This document shows, piece by piece, positions 1-9,321 of a stretch of 64,000 nucleotides of DNA. Both the position numbers and the translations under genes were made by a program. Below the pieces are notes generated by a model. The model did no database searches. It was given only the letters and a program-made list of their open reading frames with translations, and had not been told where the DNA came from. Within the stretch, counting starts at the first letter, position 1. Every line of letters starts with the position of its first letter. This stretch comes from an uncultured delta proteobacterium (GTDB lineage Bacteria > Myxococcota_A > Polyangia > Polyangiales > Polyangiaceae), in assembly GCA_963782055.1 (NCBI GenBank), contig CAWAIF010000003.1:6656001-6720000 (forward strand), in the 5' to 3' direction.

Positions 1-1
1 G

Positions 2-721
2 GCGCACCGCCAGGACACCGCGCGCGCCGCGAGCGAGATCACGGCGGGCGGCGCGGGCGCGACGCTCCTCGTGGGGTGCGCGTATCTGCGGCGCCTTCCG
101 GACGTGGCGCGCGACGCGGTGCGGGTCGCCGAGGCACTGCTCGGCCCGGTGCGGGTGGCGAGCGACTGCTGCGGCCTGCCGCTCCTGTACGCCGGCAACG
201 CGGAGGCGTTTCGCGATCACGCGCGACGCTTCGCGCGGTCGCTCGAGGGCGGCGCGGTCGTCGTCGATCCCGGCTGCGCGATGGCGCTGCGCGCACACTA
301 CCCCGCGCACGGCGTGAGCGTCCCCGGCCCCGTGCGGCTGCTCGTGGAGGAGGCGGCCGCGCGCGTGACGACGATCCGCACCGAGGCTCACCACACGCCC
401 GTGCGCTACCACGACCCTTGCCAGCTCGGTCGCGGGCTGGGCGTCTACGACGCGCCGCGCGCGGCGCTCACGCGTGCGCTCGGCGCTCCACCGGGCGAGC
501 TGCGGGACCGGCGGGAGCGCGCGCCCTGCTCCGGCGCGGGCGGCCTGCTGCCCCTGACGATGCCCGACACGTCGCGGGCGATCGCCGAGGAGCGGTTGCG
601 CGCGCACGAGGCCGCCGGCGGCGGCGAGGTGGTGACCGCGTGCGCCTCGAGCGTGGTGCGTCTGCGCTCCCTGGGCGCGGCGGTGACCAATCTCTGGACG
701 ATCCTCGCCCGGCGCGTGTGA
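2..721 (+). CDS. Fe-S oxidoreductase, cysteine-rich (CCG) domain protein; 5'-truncated by the window edge
   Basis: Frame open from base 2; CCG motif (SDCCG), YHDPCQLGR, CSGAGG and VTACASS typical of GlpC/LutA/HdrB-type CCG domains. Confidence 0.8.
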   Translation, partial: AHRQDTARAASEITAGGAGATLLVGCAYLRRLPDVARDAVRVAEALLGPVRVASDCCGLPLLYAGNAEAFRDHARRFARSLEGGAVVVDPGCAMALRAHYPAHGVSVPGPVRLLVEEAAARVTTIRTEAHHTPVRYHDPCQLGRGLGVYDAPRAALTRALGAPPGELRDRRERAPCSGAGGLLPLTMPDTSRAIAEERLRAHEAAGGGEVVTACASSVVRLRSLGAAVTNLWTILARRV

Positions 722-746
722 ACGCGGCCGGCGGCGCACCCTCACC

Positions 747-1778
747 TCAGAAGGAGCCGCCGACCGAGACGCCGGCGAGCCCGGGGCCCAGCAGCGGGTC
801 CACGCGCGCGGTGACGCCCCCGGTCTCCGTCTTCTTCGCGTGCGGCGCGACGAAGAACATGACGAGCCCGCCGGCGAGGGCGACGCCCCCGGCGACGAAG
901 GCGATGGTGGAGATGGTCGCCGCGTCGTTGGCGTCCTGGCGGAGCTGCAGGCCGACGGGGTCGCACGCGTTTTGCGCGTCGCAGTGGTTGTTGGCGTTGG
1001 AGTCGTTCAGCTTTCCCGAGGCGACCAGGCCGAAGACGCTGCCCAGGGTGATCCCCACCACGCCCGCGCCCGCCACGCCGAGCCCCGCGATGCGCAGGAC
1101 GGTGCCCGAGCTCTTCGGCGGGGGAGGCGGCGGCGGGGTCGTCGCGACGGCCTCCGGCTCGAGCGTCACCTGCACCTCGACGCTGGGGCCCTTGCAGTCG
1201 GAGCGCTCCTTGTCCGGGTCCTTGAGGACCGGGCAGCCGGGGACCTCCACGCTCTTCTCGAAGGGCTTGTGGTGCGGCGCGGTGGCGGAGATGACGTGCG
1301 TGCCGGGGTCGATCGGGATGGGCGAGCCGATGTCGACGTCGGCGAGAGTGTCGTGGTCCCGCATGATGCGCAGCCCGTCCGGCCTGGGGCCGGCGAGGGT
1401 GATGGTGATGCGGGAGAGCCTGGGCTGGAGCTCGTTCATGCGACGCCGCGCCACCTCGGCGCGCTTGTCGTGGTCCTGCTCGGCCAGCTTCATCGCCTGG
1501 CGGAACTGGACCCACGAGCTGGCGGTCTGGCCGTCGCGCTCGTAGCAGTCGGCGAGCCAGAGCATCACGCCCAGGCCGGGGTCGAGCACCATGCTCTGCG
1601 CGAACTTGGGGCACGCCTCGGAGAAGCGGCGCTGGTCCATCAGGCGTGTGCCCTCGTCGAAGAGCTTGTCCGCCTCGGTCTTGGGCCTGGCCTGCGCCGG
1701 GGCCGTCACCGCGCCGGCGGCCGCGACGCAGAGCGCGCCGACGACGAGCTTGTAGATTCCACGTACCCGCTCGCTCAT
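747..1778 (-). CDS. Secreted/membrane TPR + PEGA-like domain protein (myxobacterial kinase partner)
   Basis: ATG 1778 overlaps the kinase stop (ATGA); signal-like N-terminus, TPR (ADKLFDEG...ACPKFAQS), PEGA-like IDPGTHVISATAP, C-terminal hydrophobic hairpin. Confidence 0.75.
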   Translation of the reverse strand: MSERVRGIYKLVVGALCVAAAGAVTAPAQARPKTEADKLFDEGTRLMDQRRFSEACPKFAQSMVLDPGLGVMLWLADCYERDGQTASSWVQFRQAMKLAEQDHDKRAEVARRRMNELQPRLSRITITLAGPRPDGLRIMRDHDTLADVDIGSPIPIDPGTHVISATAPHHKPFEKSVEVPGCPVLKDPDKERSDCKGPSVEVQVTLEPEAVATTPPPPPPPKSSGTVLRIAGLGVAGAGVVGITLGSVFGLVASGKLNDSNANNHCDAQNACDPVGLQLRQDANDAATISTIAFVAGGVALAGGLVMFFVAPHAKKTETGGVTARVDPLLGPGLAGVSVGGSF

Positions 1779-3832
1779 TTCCGACCGCCGAATGCCTTGT
1801 TCTCCTGGGAGATCTTGCCTGAAGGCCTGTGATAGACGGGCGTGCTGGTGTGGGTGGCCGTCGGCTTGGGGGAGGCCGTCGCCTTCGCGGTGGCCGTGGT
1901 CGCGGTCGCGGTGGCCGTCGTCGCCGTGATGGCGGCCGTCGCGGTGGTCCCGGCCGTCGCAGTCACGGTGGCCGTGGCGGTGGGCGTCGTCTCGGTCGCG
2001 GTCGGTGTGGGCGTCGTCTCGGTCGCGGTCGGCGTGGCCGTCGTCGTGTCGACCGCCGACGTCGTGGCGGAGGTGGCGGGCGAGGACGAGGAGCCGGAGC
2101 CGAGGGTCACGGCGAGCACCACCACCGCGCCGAGGAGCAGCACGGCGGGGATGATGATCATCCACGGCAGCTTCCTGCGGAACTGGGGCACCTCTCCGGT
2201 CTGCGGGGGAGCCCACTGCGCGTTCCACCCTCCGGAGGCGGCGGCGCCCTCGGGCAGGGGGCCGGAGGTGGGCGCGCCTGTCGCCATCACGGCGGCCACC
2301 GGGCCGCTCGCCACGGCGGGGCTCGCGGCCGGTACGGGACCGCTCGCGGCCGCCGCGCTCGCGGGCGGCGCGCTCGCGGTCGCGGGCGGCGCAAGATCGG
2401 CGAAGGCGCCGAGCGGACGGAACTCCTGCGAGGTGTCCATGCTCATGCTCACCGGCGCCTGCTCTTCCAGCGGCACGTCGATGCGGGTGGGCATGTCGAA
2501 GTCGTCGTCGGAGAGCGACTCGGTGCCGGGGTGCGACTCCACCGGCGGGGGAATCGCCGCTGCGCCCGAGCCGGGCGGCGCGGGGATCGGCCCCGTGGCG
2601 AGCCGCGGCGGAGGAAGCGGAACGGACGCGGGCGGCGGCGGGGGAAGCGGACCCGAAGCAGGCGGCGGCGGAAGCGGACCCGAAGCAGGCGGCGGCGGAA
2701 GCGGGACCGACGCGTCAGGCGGCGGTGGAAGCGGCATCGACGCGGGCGGCGGCGGAACGGGATGATCCGGAGACGCGCCGGCCGGGCGGAGGCCGGAGCC
2801 GGTCACGGGGTCGGCCCGCGCGACGCCGCTCTTGGAGATGTCCCCGCGGGCGAGGAGCGCACGGACGACCTCGCGCTGGGCACCGATGTCGATGCCAATC
2901 ATCTGGTTCACGAACGCCGAGGTCTCACGGACGTTGGGCACCATCCCGTGCGCGCGGGCGGCGCGCTCGAGCGCGTCGGCGAAATCGGCGGCGGTCTGGA
3001 AGCAATCCTTCGGCTCGCGCGAGAGCCCGCGGCGGAGCACCGCGTCCACCTCCGCCGGGATCGTCGGGTCGACGGGGGAGAGCGGGGGCACCTCCGCCGC
3101 GACCACGCGGAAGAGGGTCTCGGCGTCGGCGTCGGCCTTGAAGAGGCGCTGGCCGGCCAGCATCTCCCAGAGGACCGTGCCCGCGGCGAAGACATCGGCG
3201 CGTCGGTCGACCGTGCCGCCCTTCACCTGCTCGGGCGACATGTACGCGAGCTTGCCCTTGAGCTGCCCCGCCTGGGTGTTGGTGAGGCGGGCGCTGGCCT
3301 TGGCCACGCCGAAGTCGGTGATGCGCGACACGCCGTCCACGCCGACCAGGATGTTCTGCGGGGAGACGTCGCGGTGCACGACGTTGAGCAGGTTGCCGTT
3401 CTCGTCGGCGAGCTCGTGCGCGGCGTGCAGGCCCGTCAGCGTGTCCAGCATGATGCGGATGCTGATGCTGGGCGGAAAGCGGATCCCGGCGTTGTACGCG
3501 CGCACCTGCAGGTACCCGGCGGTGTCCCCCTCGATGTACTCCATCACCAGGTAGTAGTGGTTGTCGCTGACCCCAATCTCCAGGATGGGCACCACGTTGG
3601 GGTGGTGGAGGCGCGCGGCGAGCCGGGCCTCGTCCATGAACATCTGGATGAACTCCTGCTCCTTCGCGAGGTGCGGGTGCAGGCGCTTGATGGCGACGAA
3701 GCGCTTGAACCCACCCATGCCGGTGAGTCGCGCGAGATACACTGTAGCCATCCCGCCGCTCGCGATCTCCGCGAGGAGTTCGAAACGATCGAGGCGTTCG
3801 CCGTCGCCGGGGAGTGGAAGGATCTTCGACAG
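1775..3832 (-). CDS. Hanks-type Ser/Thr protein kinase with Pro-rich linker, TM helix and Thr/Ala-rich tail
   Basis: EIASGGMATVY, VAIK, HRDVSPQN, DFG, YMSPEQ; the domain begins upstream of ATG 3751, so the probable start is CTG 3832 behind GGAGAGG. Confidence 0.92.
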   Translation of the reverse strand: MSKILPLPGDGERLDRFELLAEIASGGMATVYLARLTGMGGFKRFVAIKRLHPHLAKEQEFIQMFMDEARLAARLHHPNVVPILEIGVSDNHYYLVMEYIEGDTAGYLQVRAYNAGIRFPPSISIRIMLDTLTGLHAAHELADENGNLLNVVHRDVSPQNILVGVDGVSRITDFGVAKASARLTNTQAGQLKGKLAYMSPEQVKGGTVDRRADVFAAGTVLWEMLAGQRLFKADADAETLFRVVAAEVPPLSPVDPTIPAEVDAVLRRGLSREPKDCFQTAADFADALERAARAHGMVPNVRETSAFVNQMIGIDIGAQREVVRALLARGDISKSGVARADPVTGSGLRPAGASPDHPVPPPPASMPLPPPPDASVPLPPPPASGPLPPPPASGPLPPPPPASVPLPPPRLATGPIPAPPGSGAAAIPPPVESHPGTESLSDDDFDMPTRIDVPLEEQAPVSMSMDTSQEFRPLGAFADLAPPATASAPPASAAAASGPVPAASPAVASGPVAAVMATGAPTSGPLPEGAAASGGWNAQWAPPQTGEVPQFRRKLPWMIIIPAVLLLGAVVVLAVTLGSGSSSSPATSATTSAVDTTTATPTATETTPTPTATETTPTATATVTATAGTTATAAITATTATATATTATAKATASPKPTATHTSTPVYHRPSGKISQENKAFGGRK
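2602..2760 (-). repeat. Coding tandem repeat encoding (PPPPAS[G/V/M]PL)n
   Basis: About five 27-30 bp units of ggcggcggcggaagcgg.. inside the kinase linker. Confidence 0.8.
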
Positions 3833-4009
3833 GGGAGGGTCCTCTCCGAGGAATGGGCCAAGGTGCAGTATACCCAGGTCACGCGCTCGTGGTCAGATCC
3901 GTTGCGGCGCGGCTCCCTCGAGGGGCTGAACGTTCGTTCCGGCTCGGCCGCATTGCCGCCGGACCCGCGTTTTTTCGGCCCGAACGGCCGCGTGCGCTAG
4001 CCTCCAGCG

Positions 4010-5632
4010 GTGCGCGCCATCGACGAGCTCGACGCCGGGGTGGGCCCGGCCGCCACCGCGCGCCGGGACGAGGATCGCTCGAGCGTCCGGCCGCGGGACG
4101 CGCGGCCGCGGCGGACGATCGCCACGCGGGTGCTCGCCTCCTTCGCCGTCACGGTGGTCGCCTTCGCGGTGACCGTGGGGTGGAGCTTCGCGGCGCAGCA
4201 GCGCACCGCCGCCGACAGCGAGGAGCTCGCCAAGGGCTACGTCCCGGTGGTGCTGAAGCTCGCGCAGCTCCGCGCGACGCAGGCCACGCTCTCCACGCTC
4301 GTCGACGGCATCCCCGACGAGCGCGACCCCGTCTCGGCGCGCCTGCTGCTCAAGCCGCTCGTCAGCGCGCGGCGCGCGAAGATGCTGGAGACCAAGGCGG
4401 CGCTCGCCGAGCTCTCGCAGGTGGGGAGCCCCGACACGCGCCGGCTCGCAGACGACCTGCAGGCAGACCTCGCGTCCATCGACACGTCGCTCGACGCCGA
4501 CAAGCCGAGCTTCGAGCGCCTGTTCGCCGCGATGTCGGAGGGCGACAAGGACGGCATCAACCGGGAGCTCGTGACGCTCGGCGCGATCGAGCACGACAGC
4601 GACAAGCGCCTGCACACGCTCTCCGACAGGGTGCAGAGCTCGATGGACGCGCTCACCGCCGCCGCCAAGGAGCGCGACGTGAGGTCGATCTACGCGCTCG
4701 TCGCGCTGGCCATCATCACGCTGGGCGTGGGCGCGCTCGTCTCGCTGCACGTGCGCAAGCTGCTCGCGCCGCTCGCCCGGGTGACGCTCCGCGCGCAGGC
4801 CGTCGCGCGGGGCGATCTCACGCCCCGGGAGGTGCCGCAGGGCGGCGACGAGATCGGCGAGCTGGCGGCCACCTTCGAGAGCATGGTGGGCGCCGTCGGC
4901 AGGGCGCAGCGCGCCGCCCTCTCCAACGAGCGGCTCGCGGCGATCGGCAAGATGGCCGCGCACGTCACGCACGAGATCCGCAACCCGCTCTCCTCGATCG
5001 GCCTCAACGTGGAGCTGCTGGAGGAGGAGCTCGCCCTCTCCGGGGGCCGGGAGGAGCCCAAGGCGCTCGTCGCCGCCATCGCCCGGGAGGTCGGCCGGCT
5101 GGAGCTGCTGAGCGAAGAGTACCTGCGCGTCGCGCGCCTGCCCTCGCCGCGCATGGAGGCGGAGGACGTGGCCGCGGCGGTACGCGACGTGGTGCAGTTC
5201 TCCCGCAAGGAGATGGAGCGCTCCGGCTCCGAGGTGAAGCTCGAGGTGCAGGGCGAGGGCGGGCGCGTGCCACCGGCGCTCTTCGACGAGGCCCAGCTCC
5301 GGCAGGCGCTGCTCAACCTGCTGCGCAACGCGCGCGAGGCGATGCCCGACGGCGGCGTGATCGACGTGGGCGTGCGTGCCGAGGGCATGGGCGTCGTGGT
5401 CACGATCGAGGACCGCGGCTCGGGCATCTCGGAGGAGATCCGCTCGCGCGTCTTCGATCCCTTCTTCTCCACCAAGGGTGAGGGGACCGGCCTCGGCCTC
5501 GCCATCACGCGGCAGATCGTGGAAGCGCACGGCGGCAGCATCACCTGCGACCCGCGGGAGGGCGGCGGCACCACCTTCCGCATCGTGCTGCCGATCGCGC
5601 CCGCCCGCTCTTCCCTTCCCCTCTCCACCTGA
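4010..5632 (+). CDS. Membrane HAMP-domain sensor histidine kinase
   Basis: Two TM segments, HAMP (GDEIGELAATF), H-box HEIRNPL, N-box NLLRNA, DRGSG, FFSTK, GTGLGL. Confidence 0.92.
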   Translation: MRAIDELDAGVGPAATARRDEDRSSVRPRDARPRRTIATRVLASFAVTVVAFAVTVGWSFAAQQRTAADSEELAKGYVPVVLKLAQLRATQATLSTLVDGIPDERDPVSARLLLKPLVSARRAKMLETKAALAELSQVGSPDTRRLADDLQADLASIDTSLDADKPSFERLFAAMSEGDKDGINRELVTLGAIEHDSDKRLHTLSDRVQSSMDALTAAAKERDVRSIYALVALAIITLGVGALVSLHVRKLLAPLARVTLRAQAVARGDLTPREVPQGGDEIGELAATFESMVGAVGRAQRAALSNERLAAIGKMAAHVTHEIRNPLSSIGLNVELLEEELALSGGREEPKALVAAIAREVGRLELLSEEYLRVARLPSPRMEAEDVAAAVRDVVQFSRKEMERSGSEVKLEVQGEGGRVPPALFDEAQLRQALLNLLRNAREAMPDGGVIDVGVRAEGMGVVVTIEDRGSGISEEIRSRVFDPFFSTKGEGTGLGLAITRQIVEAHGGSITCDPREGGGTTFRIVLPIAPARSSLPLST

Positions 5633-5686
5633 GAGGACGTGCGCTTCGTTCACATCCCTCTCGGGCGCGTGCTAAACCCTCCCGCC

Positions 5687-6445
5687 ATGCGACCCGATGG
5701 ACGCGCGCTGGACGCGCATCGCCCCGTGGAGATGGTCTGCGGCTTCCACCACTTCTCGGAGGGCTCGGTGCTCTACCGCGCCGGCAAGACGGTGGTGCTC
5801 TGCACCGCCTCCATCGACGAGAAGGTCCCGCCCTTCCTGGAGGGCAAGGGCAAGGGCTGGCTCACCGCCGAGTACCAGATGCACCCGCGCGCCAACCCGC
5901 AGCGGCGGGAGCAGCGCGACGGCCGCGGCAAGGCGCCGAGCGGCCGCACGCAGGAGATCCAGCGGCTCATCGGGCGCGCGCTGCGCGCCGCCGTCGCGCT
6001 GGAGAAGCTGGGCGAACGCACCGTCGCCATCGACTGCGACGTGCTGGAGGCCGACGGCGGCACGCGCACCGCCTCGGTGACCGGCGGCTTCGTGGCGCTG
6101 GCCCTCGCGGTGCAGAAGCTCACCCGGAAGGGCGTGCTCAAGCAGAAGGTGCTGCGCGACTCGGTCGCGGCGATCAGCGTCGGGTGCCTGGGCGTGGACG
6201 ACCTGGCGCTCGACCTCGTCTACACCGAGGACTCCACCGCCCGCGTCGACCTGAACGTCGTCGCCACCGGGCGGGCGGGCATCGTGGAGGTGCAGGGCAC
6301 CGCGGAGGGCGAGGCCGTCCCCCGCAAGACCGTCGACTCCATGATCGACCTGGCGCTCGCCGGGATCGACAGCCTGGGCAAGCTGCAGCGCGCCGCGCTC
6401 GAGGGCGCGGGGCTGAAGCTCGACGACCTGCTGATCCAGGGCTGA
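5687..6445 (+). CDS. rph: Ribonuclease PH
   Basis: MRPDGR, GWLTAEY, GRTQEIQRLIGR, DCDVLEADGGTRTAS, EVQGTAEG. Confidence 0.97.
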   Translation: MRPDGRALDAHRPVEMVCGFHHFSEGSVLYRAGKTVVLCTASIDEKVPPFLEGKGKGWLTAEYQMHPRANPQRREQRDGRGKAPSGRTQEIQRLIGRALRAAVALEKLGERTVAIDCDVLEADGGTRTASVTGGFVALALAVQKLTRKGVLKQKVLRDSVAAISVGCLGVDDLALDLVYTEDSTARVDLNVVATGRAGIVEVQGTAEGEAVPRKTVDSMIDLALAGIDSLGKLQRAALEGAGLKLDDLLIQG

Positions 6446-6489
6446 TCCCCGCTTCTCGCTGGCGCGGTTCTGTTCGATACTCCCGGGCG

Positions 6490-7173
6490 GTGAGCGACGA
6501 ACGCACAGGCCGCGCGGTGATCTCGCTCGTGGTCGCGTCGACCAACCGCGGCAAGCTGGAAGAGCTGCGCGCGATGCTCTCCGGACTGCCGGTGCAGGTG
6601 CTCTCCCTCGCCGACGTCGGGGCGGAGGGGATCACGGTCGTGGAGGACGGGGCGACCTTCGAGGCGAACGCGTCGAAGAAGGCGCTCGCCATCGCCGCCG
6701 CCACCACCATGCTCACCCTGGCCGACGACTCCGGGCTGGAGGTGGACGCGCTCGGCGGCGAGCCGGGGGTCCGCTCCGCCCGCTTCGCTCACGAGCGCGC
6801 CACCGACGCGGAGAACAACGCAGCGCTGCTCGCGGCGCTCGGGGCGCTGAGCGAGGCCGGCGCGACGCCCGAGACGCTGGACGCACGCTTCCGGTGCGTG
6901 CTGGCGCTGGTGGACCCGTACGGCGCGAAGAAGGAGCCCTTCCTGGTGGAGGGCCGCTGCGAGGGCGCCATCGTGCGCGCCCCGCGCGGGCAGGGCGGCT
7001 TCGGCTACGACCCGCTCTTCCTGGTCGCCGGGACCGACAAGACCATGGCGGAGCTCTCGGCGGAGGAGAAGAACGAGCGCTCCCACCGCGCCCAGGCCTT
7101 CCGCAAGCTGCGGCCCGTGCTGGAGAAGGTGCTCCTGGCGCGGGAAGAGCGGGTGCGGAAGGTGCTGGAATAG
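6490..7173 (+). CDS. rdgB: Non-canonical purine NTP pyrophosphatase (RdgB/HAM1)
   Basis: ASTNRGKLEE, ADDSGLEVDALGGEPGVRSAR, GFGYDPLF, SHRAQA; conserved position after rph. Confidence 0.95.
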   Translation: MSDERTGRAVISLVVASTNRGKLEELRAMLSGLPVQVLSLADVGAEGITVVEDGATFEANASKKALAIAAATTMLTLADDSGLEVDALGGEPGVRSARFAHERATDAENNAALLAALGALSEAGATPETLDARFRCVLALVDPYGAKKEPFLVEGRCEGAIVRAPRGQGGFGYDPLFLVAGTDKTMAELSAEEKNERSHRAQAFRKLRPVLEKVLLAREERVRKVLE

Positions 7174-7237
7174 ACGTTTCGCCGGCCGGGGCTCGGGGGT
7201 GTGGCGAGCCGGACGGGGCGATGGTAGGGGGACGCTC

Positions 7238-7600
7238 GTGGCCTCCGACTGGAAGGCCGTCGGGCGCTACGGGACCGTCGGCTTCGATCTCATCCTCTCC
7301 ATCATCCTCGGCTACCTCCTCGGCCGCTGGGTGGACAGGCACGTGGGTGGCCACGGCTACGTGACGGTGGCGGGCGTCATCGTCGGGACGTACGCCGGCT
7401 TCCGGTCCATCTACGTGGCCGCCAAGAAGATGGAGAAGGAGGCGGAGCGCGACGAGCGGGCCCAGCGGCGCGCCGCGGAGCAGAGCTCCAAGCTGGAGCG
7501 CTTCCGGCGGGACGCGGACGCCGAGGCGGCCGCCAGCCCCCGGGACGCGGCCGGCCCCCCCGCCGCCGGCGAGGACACGACGGACCCAAAGGATGGCTGA
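7238..7600 (+). CDS. AtpZ/AtpI-family (ATPase gene 1) membrane protein
   Basis: Two TMs, GYLLGRWVD pattern, first gene of the atp cluster. Confidence 0.75.
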   Translation: MASDWKAVGRYGTVGFDLILSIILGYLLGRWVDRHVGGHGYVTVAGVIVGTYAGFRSIYVAAKKMEKEAERDERAQRRAAEQSSKLERFRRDADAEAAASPRDAAGPPAAGEDTTDPKDG

Positions 7601-7985
7601 GCCGCTCGACCCGCGTCTGGCCACCGCGATGAAGAGCGTCGCCGCCATGGGCCTGCTCGTCGCCCTGGTGGGCGGCACCCTGTACGGCCCGCGGACGGGC
7701 CTGGGGGTCGCCCTGGGCGCGGGCATCGCCGTGTCCAACCTCTACGCCCTCGCGCGCATCGTCCGGGCGCTCGCCCGGCCCGGCGCCTCTCGTAGCGTGG
7801 CCGGCTGGACTTTCGCCTTCCTGGCGAAGCTGCTCTTCCTCTTCGGGGGCGCCTGGCTCCTGCTCACATGGCACGTGGTCGGCGTGATGGCCTTGGCGGC
7901 AGGCTACGGGACCCTACCGATTGGGATTGCCATCGGCTCGCTCGTGAGCGACAAAGCGTCCCCGGAAGACGCGGGAAGCGCCTAG
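7593..7985 (+). CDS. atpI: ATP synthase subunit I-like membrane protein
   Basis: Four hydrophobic segments, directly upstream of atpB. Confidence 0.7.
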   Translation: MAEPLDPRLATAMKSVAAMGLLVALVGGTLYGPRTGLGVALGAGIAVSNLYALARIVRALARPGASRSVAGWTFAFLAKLLFLFGGAWLLLTWHVVGVMALAAGYGTLPIGIAIGSLVSDKASPEDAGSA

Positions 7986-7992
7986 GTCAGCC

Positions 7993-8808
7993 ATGCCGGA
8001 GCACACCTCCTTCATCCATTACCTCCTCAACTGGCTCTTCGGGCACACCGCGCTCGAGGAGAACATGCACCGCTTCGGGCACACGATGTTCGGCAAGACG
8101 GTGGGCGCGCACGAGGCCGAGCCTCTCGCCGCGAGCCTCCTCGTCGCCATCGTGCTGATCCTGCTCGCCTGGCGCGTGAGCGATCAGGTCAAGAACCAGG
8201 ACAAGGCCGTCATCCCGGACGAGAAGCTCTCGCTGCGGACCTTCTTCGAGATCTTCATCGGCTACTTCTACGGGATGATGAAGGACATGATGGGGGCCAA
8301 GCGCGCCAAGCGCTACTTCCCCATCGTCGGCACGGCGGCGTGCTTCGTCTTCTTCGGCAACGCGCTCGGCCTCATCCCCGGGCTCATCCCCCCCACCTCC
8401 GCGTGGGACATCACCTGGGGCTGCGCGATCGTCGTCTTTTTCGCCTTCAACTACTACGGCATCAAGGAGAACGGCTCCGCCTACTTCCGGCACCTCGCCG
8501 GGCCGTGGCTCGGGTGGCTGGGGCTGCCGATCAACATCCTGGTGTTCGTGATCGAGCTGTTCGCCCTCTTCCTGCGACCGCTCACCCTCTCCATCCGTCT
8601 CATGGTCAACATGGCGGTGGACCACCTGCTCGTCTCGGTCACCCTGGCGCTGGTGGCGCTGCTGGTGCCCATCCCGATGATCCTCCTGAGCACCCTGGTG
8701 GTCGTCATCCAGGTGCTCGTCTTCTGCTTGCTGACGGCGATCTACATCGCGCTGGCCACCGAGCACGAGGAGCACGACGAGCACGGCCACGCGGAGGCCC
8801 ACGCCTGA
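7993..8808 (+). CDS. atpB: F0F1 ATP synthase subunit a
   Basis: [35 protein letters not shown]. Confidence 0.96.
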   Translation: MPEHTSFIHYLLNWLFGHTALEENMHRFGHTMFGKTVGAHEAEPLAASLLVAIVLILLAWRVSDQVKNQDKAVIPDEKLSLRTFFEIFIGYFYGMMKDMMGAKRAKRYFPIVGTAACFVFFGNALGLIPGLIPPTSAWDITWGCAIVVFFAFNYYGIKENGSAYFRHLAGPWLGWLGLPINILVFVIELFALFLRPLTLSIRLMVNMAVDHLLVSVTLALVALLVPIPMILLSTLVVVIQVLVFCLLTAIYIALATEHEEHDEHGHAEAHA

Positions 8809-8915
8809 GAGGCGCAAGAAAGCCTCTAGCCAGGCGGGCCGAAAAGCACTATCAACCGGGCGCCCACGACGGGGCCCAAAGTCCCCCCTCACCTTCCACG
8901 CAGGAGTCCTGGACG

Positions 8916-9242
8916 ATGTCGCTCACGAAGAAGCTCGCCGCCACCGGCACCGGTTTGGCCACGTTCCTGGTGCCTCTCGCCGCGATGGCGCAGGGTGCAG
9001 CCGGCGGAAATGACTCCGGGCCGAAGGTCGGCGCGTACATCGGCGCGGGCCTGGCCATCGGCCTCGCGGTGCTCGGCGGCGCGATGGGTCAGGGGCGCGC
9101 GGCGGCCTCCGCGCTGGAGGGCATCGCCCGCAACCCGGGCGCGGCGTCCAAGATCCAGACGCCGATGATCCTCGCGCTCGCCCTCGTCGAGTCGCTCGTC
9201 CTGCTCGCCTTCCTCATCGCGTTCTTCCTGCAGTCCAAGTAG
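8916..9242 (+). CDS. atpE: F0F1 ATP synthase subunit c with N-terminal extension
   Basis: [25 protein letters not shown] loop, ion-binding Glu in LALVES. Confidence 0.96.
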   Translation: MSLTKKLAATGTGLATFLVPLAAMAQGAAGGNDSGPKVGAYIGAGLAIGLAVLGGAMGQGRAAASALEGIARNPGAASKIQTPMILALALVESLVLLAFLIAFFLQSK

Positions 9243-9276
9243 GGACGGCGCCCCTCGCGGGGCCCACGCGTGATCG

Positions 9277-9315
9277 CAAGGCCTCCGCGCCCGCCGGGCG
9301 TGGGGGCCTTGTTTT
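9277..9315 (+). terminator. Rho-independent terminator after atpE
   Basis: caaggcctccgcgccc-gcc-gggcgtgggggccttg stem followed by tttt. Confidence 0.75.
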
Positions 9316-9321
9316 GCGTCC

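Noticed and set aside
1860..2070. Thr/Ala repeat as a separate element
   Set aside because: Ordinary low-complexity extracytoplasmic linker of the kinase
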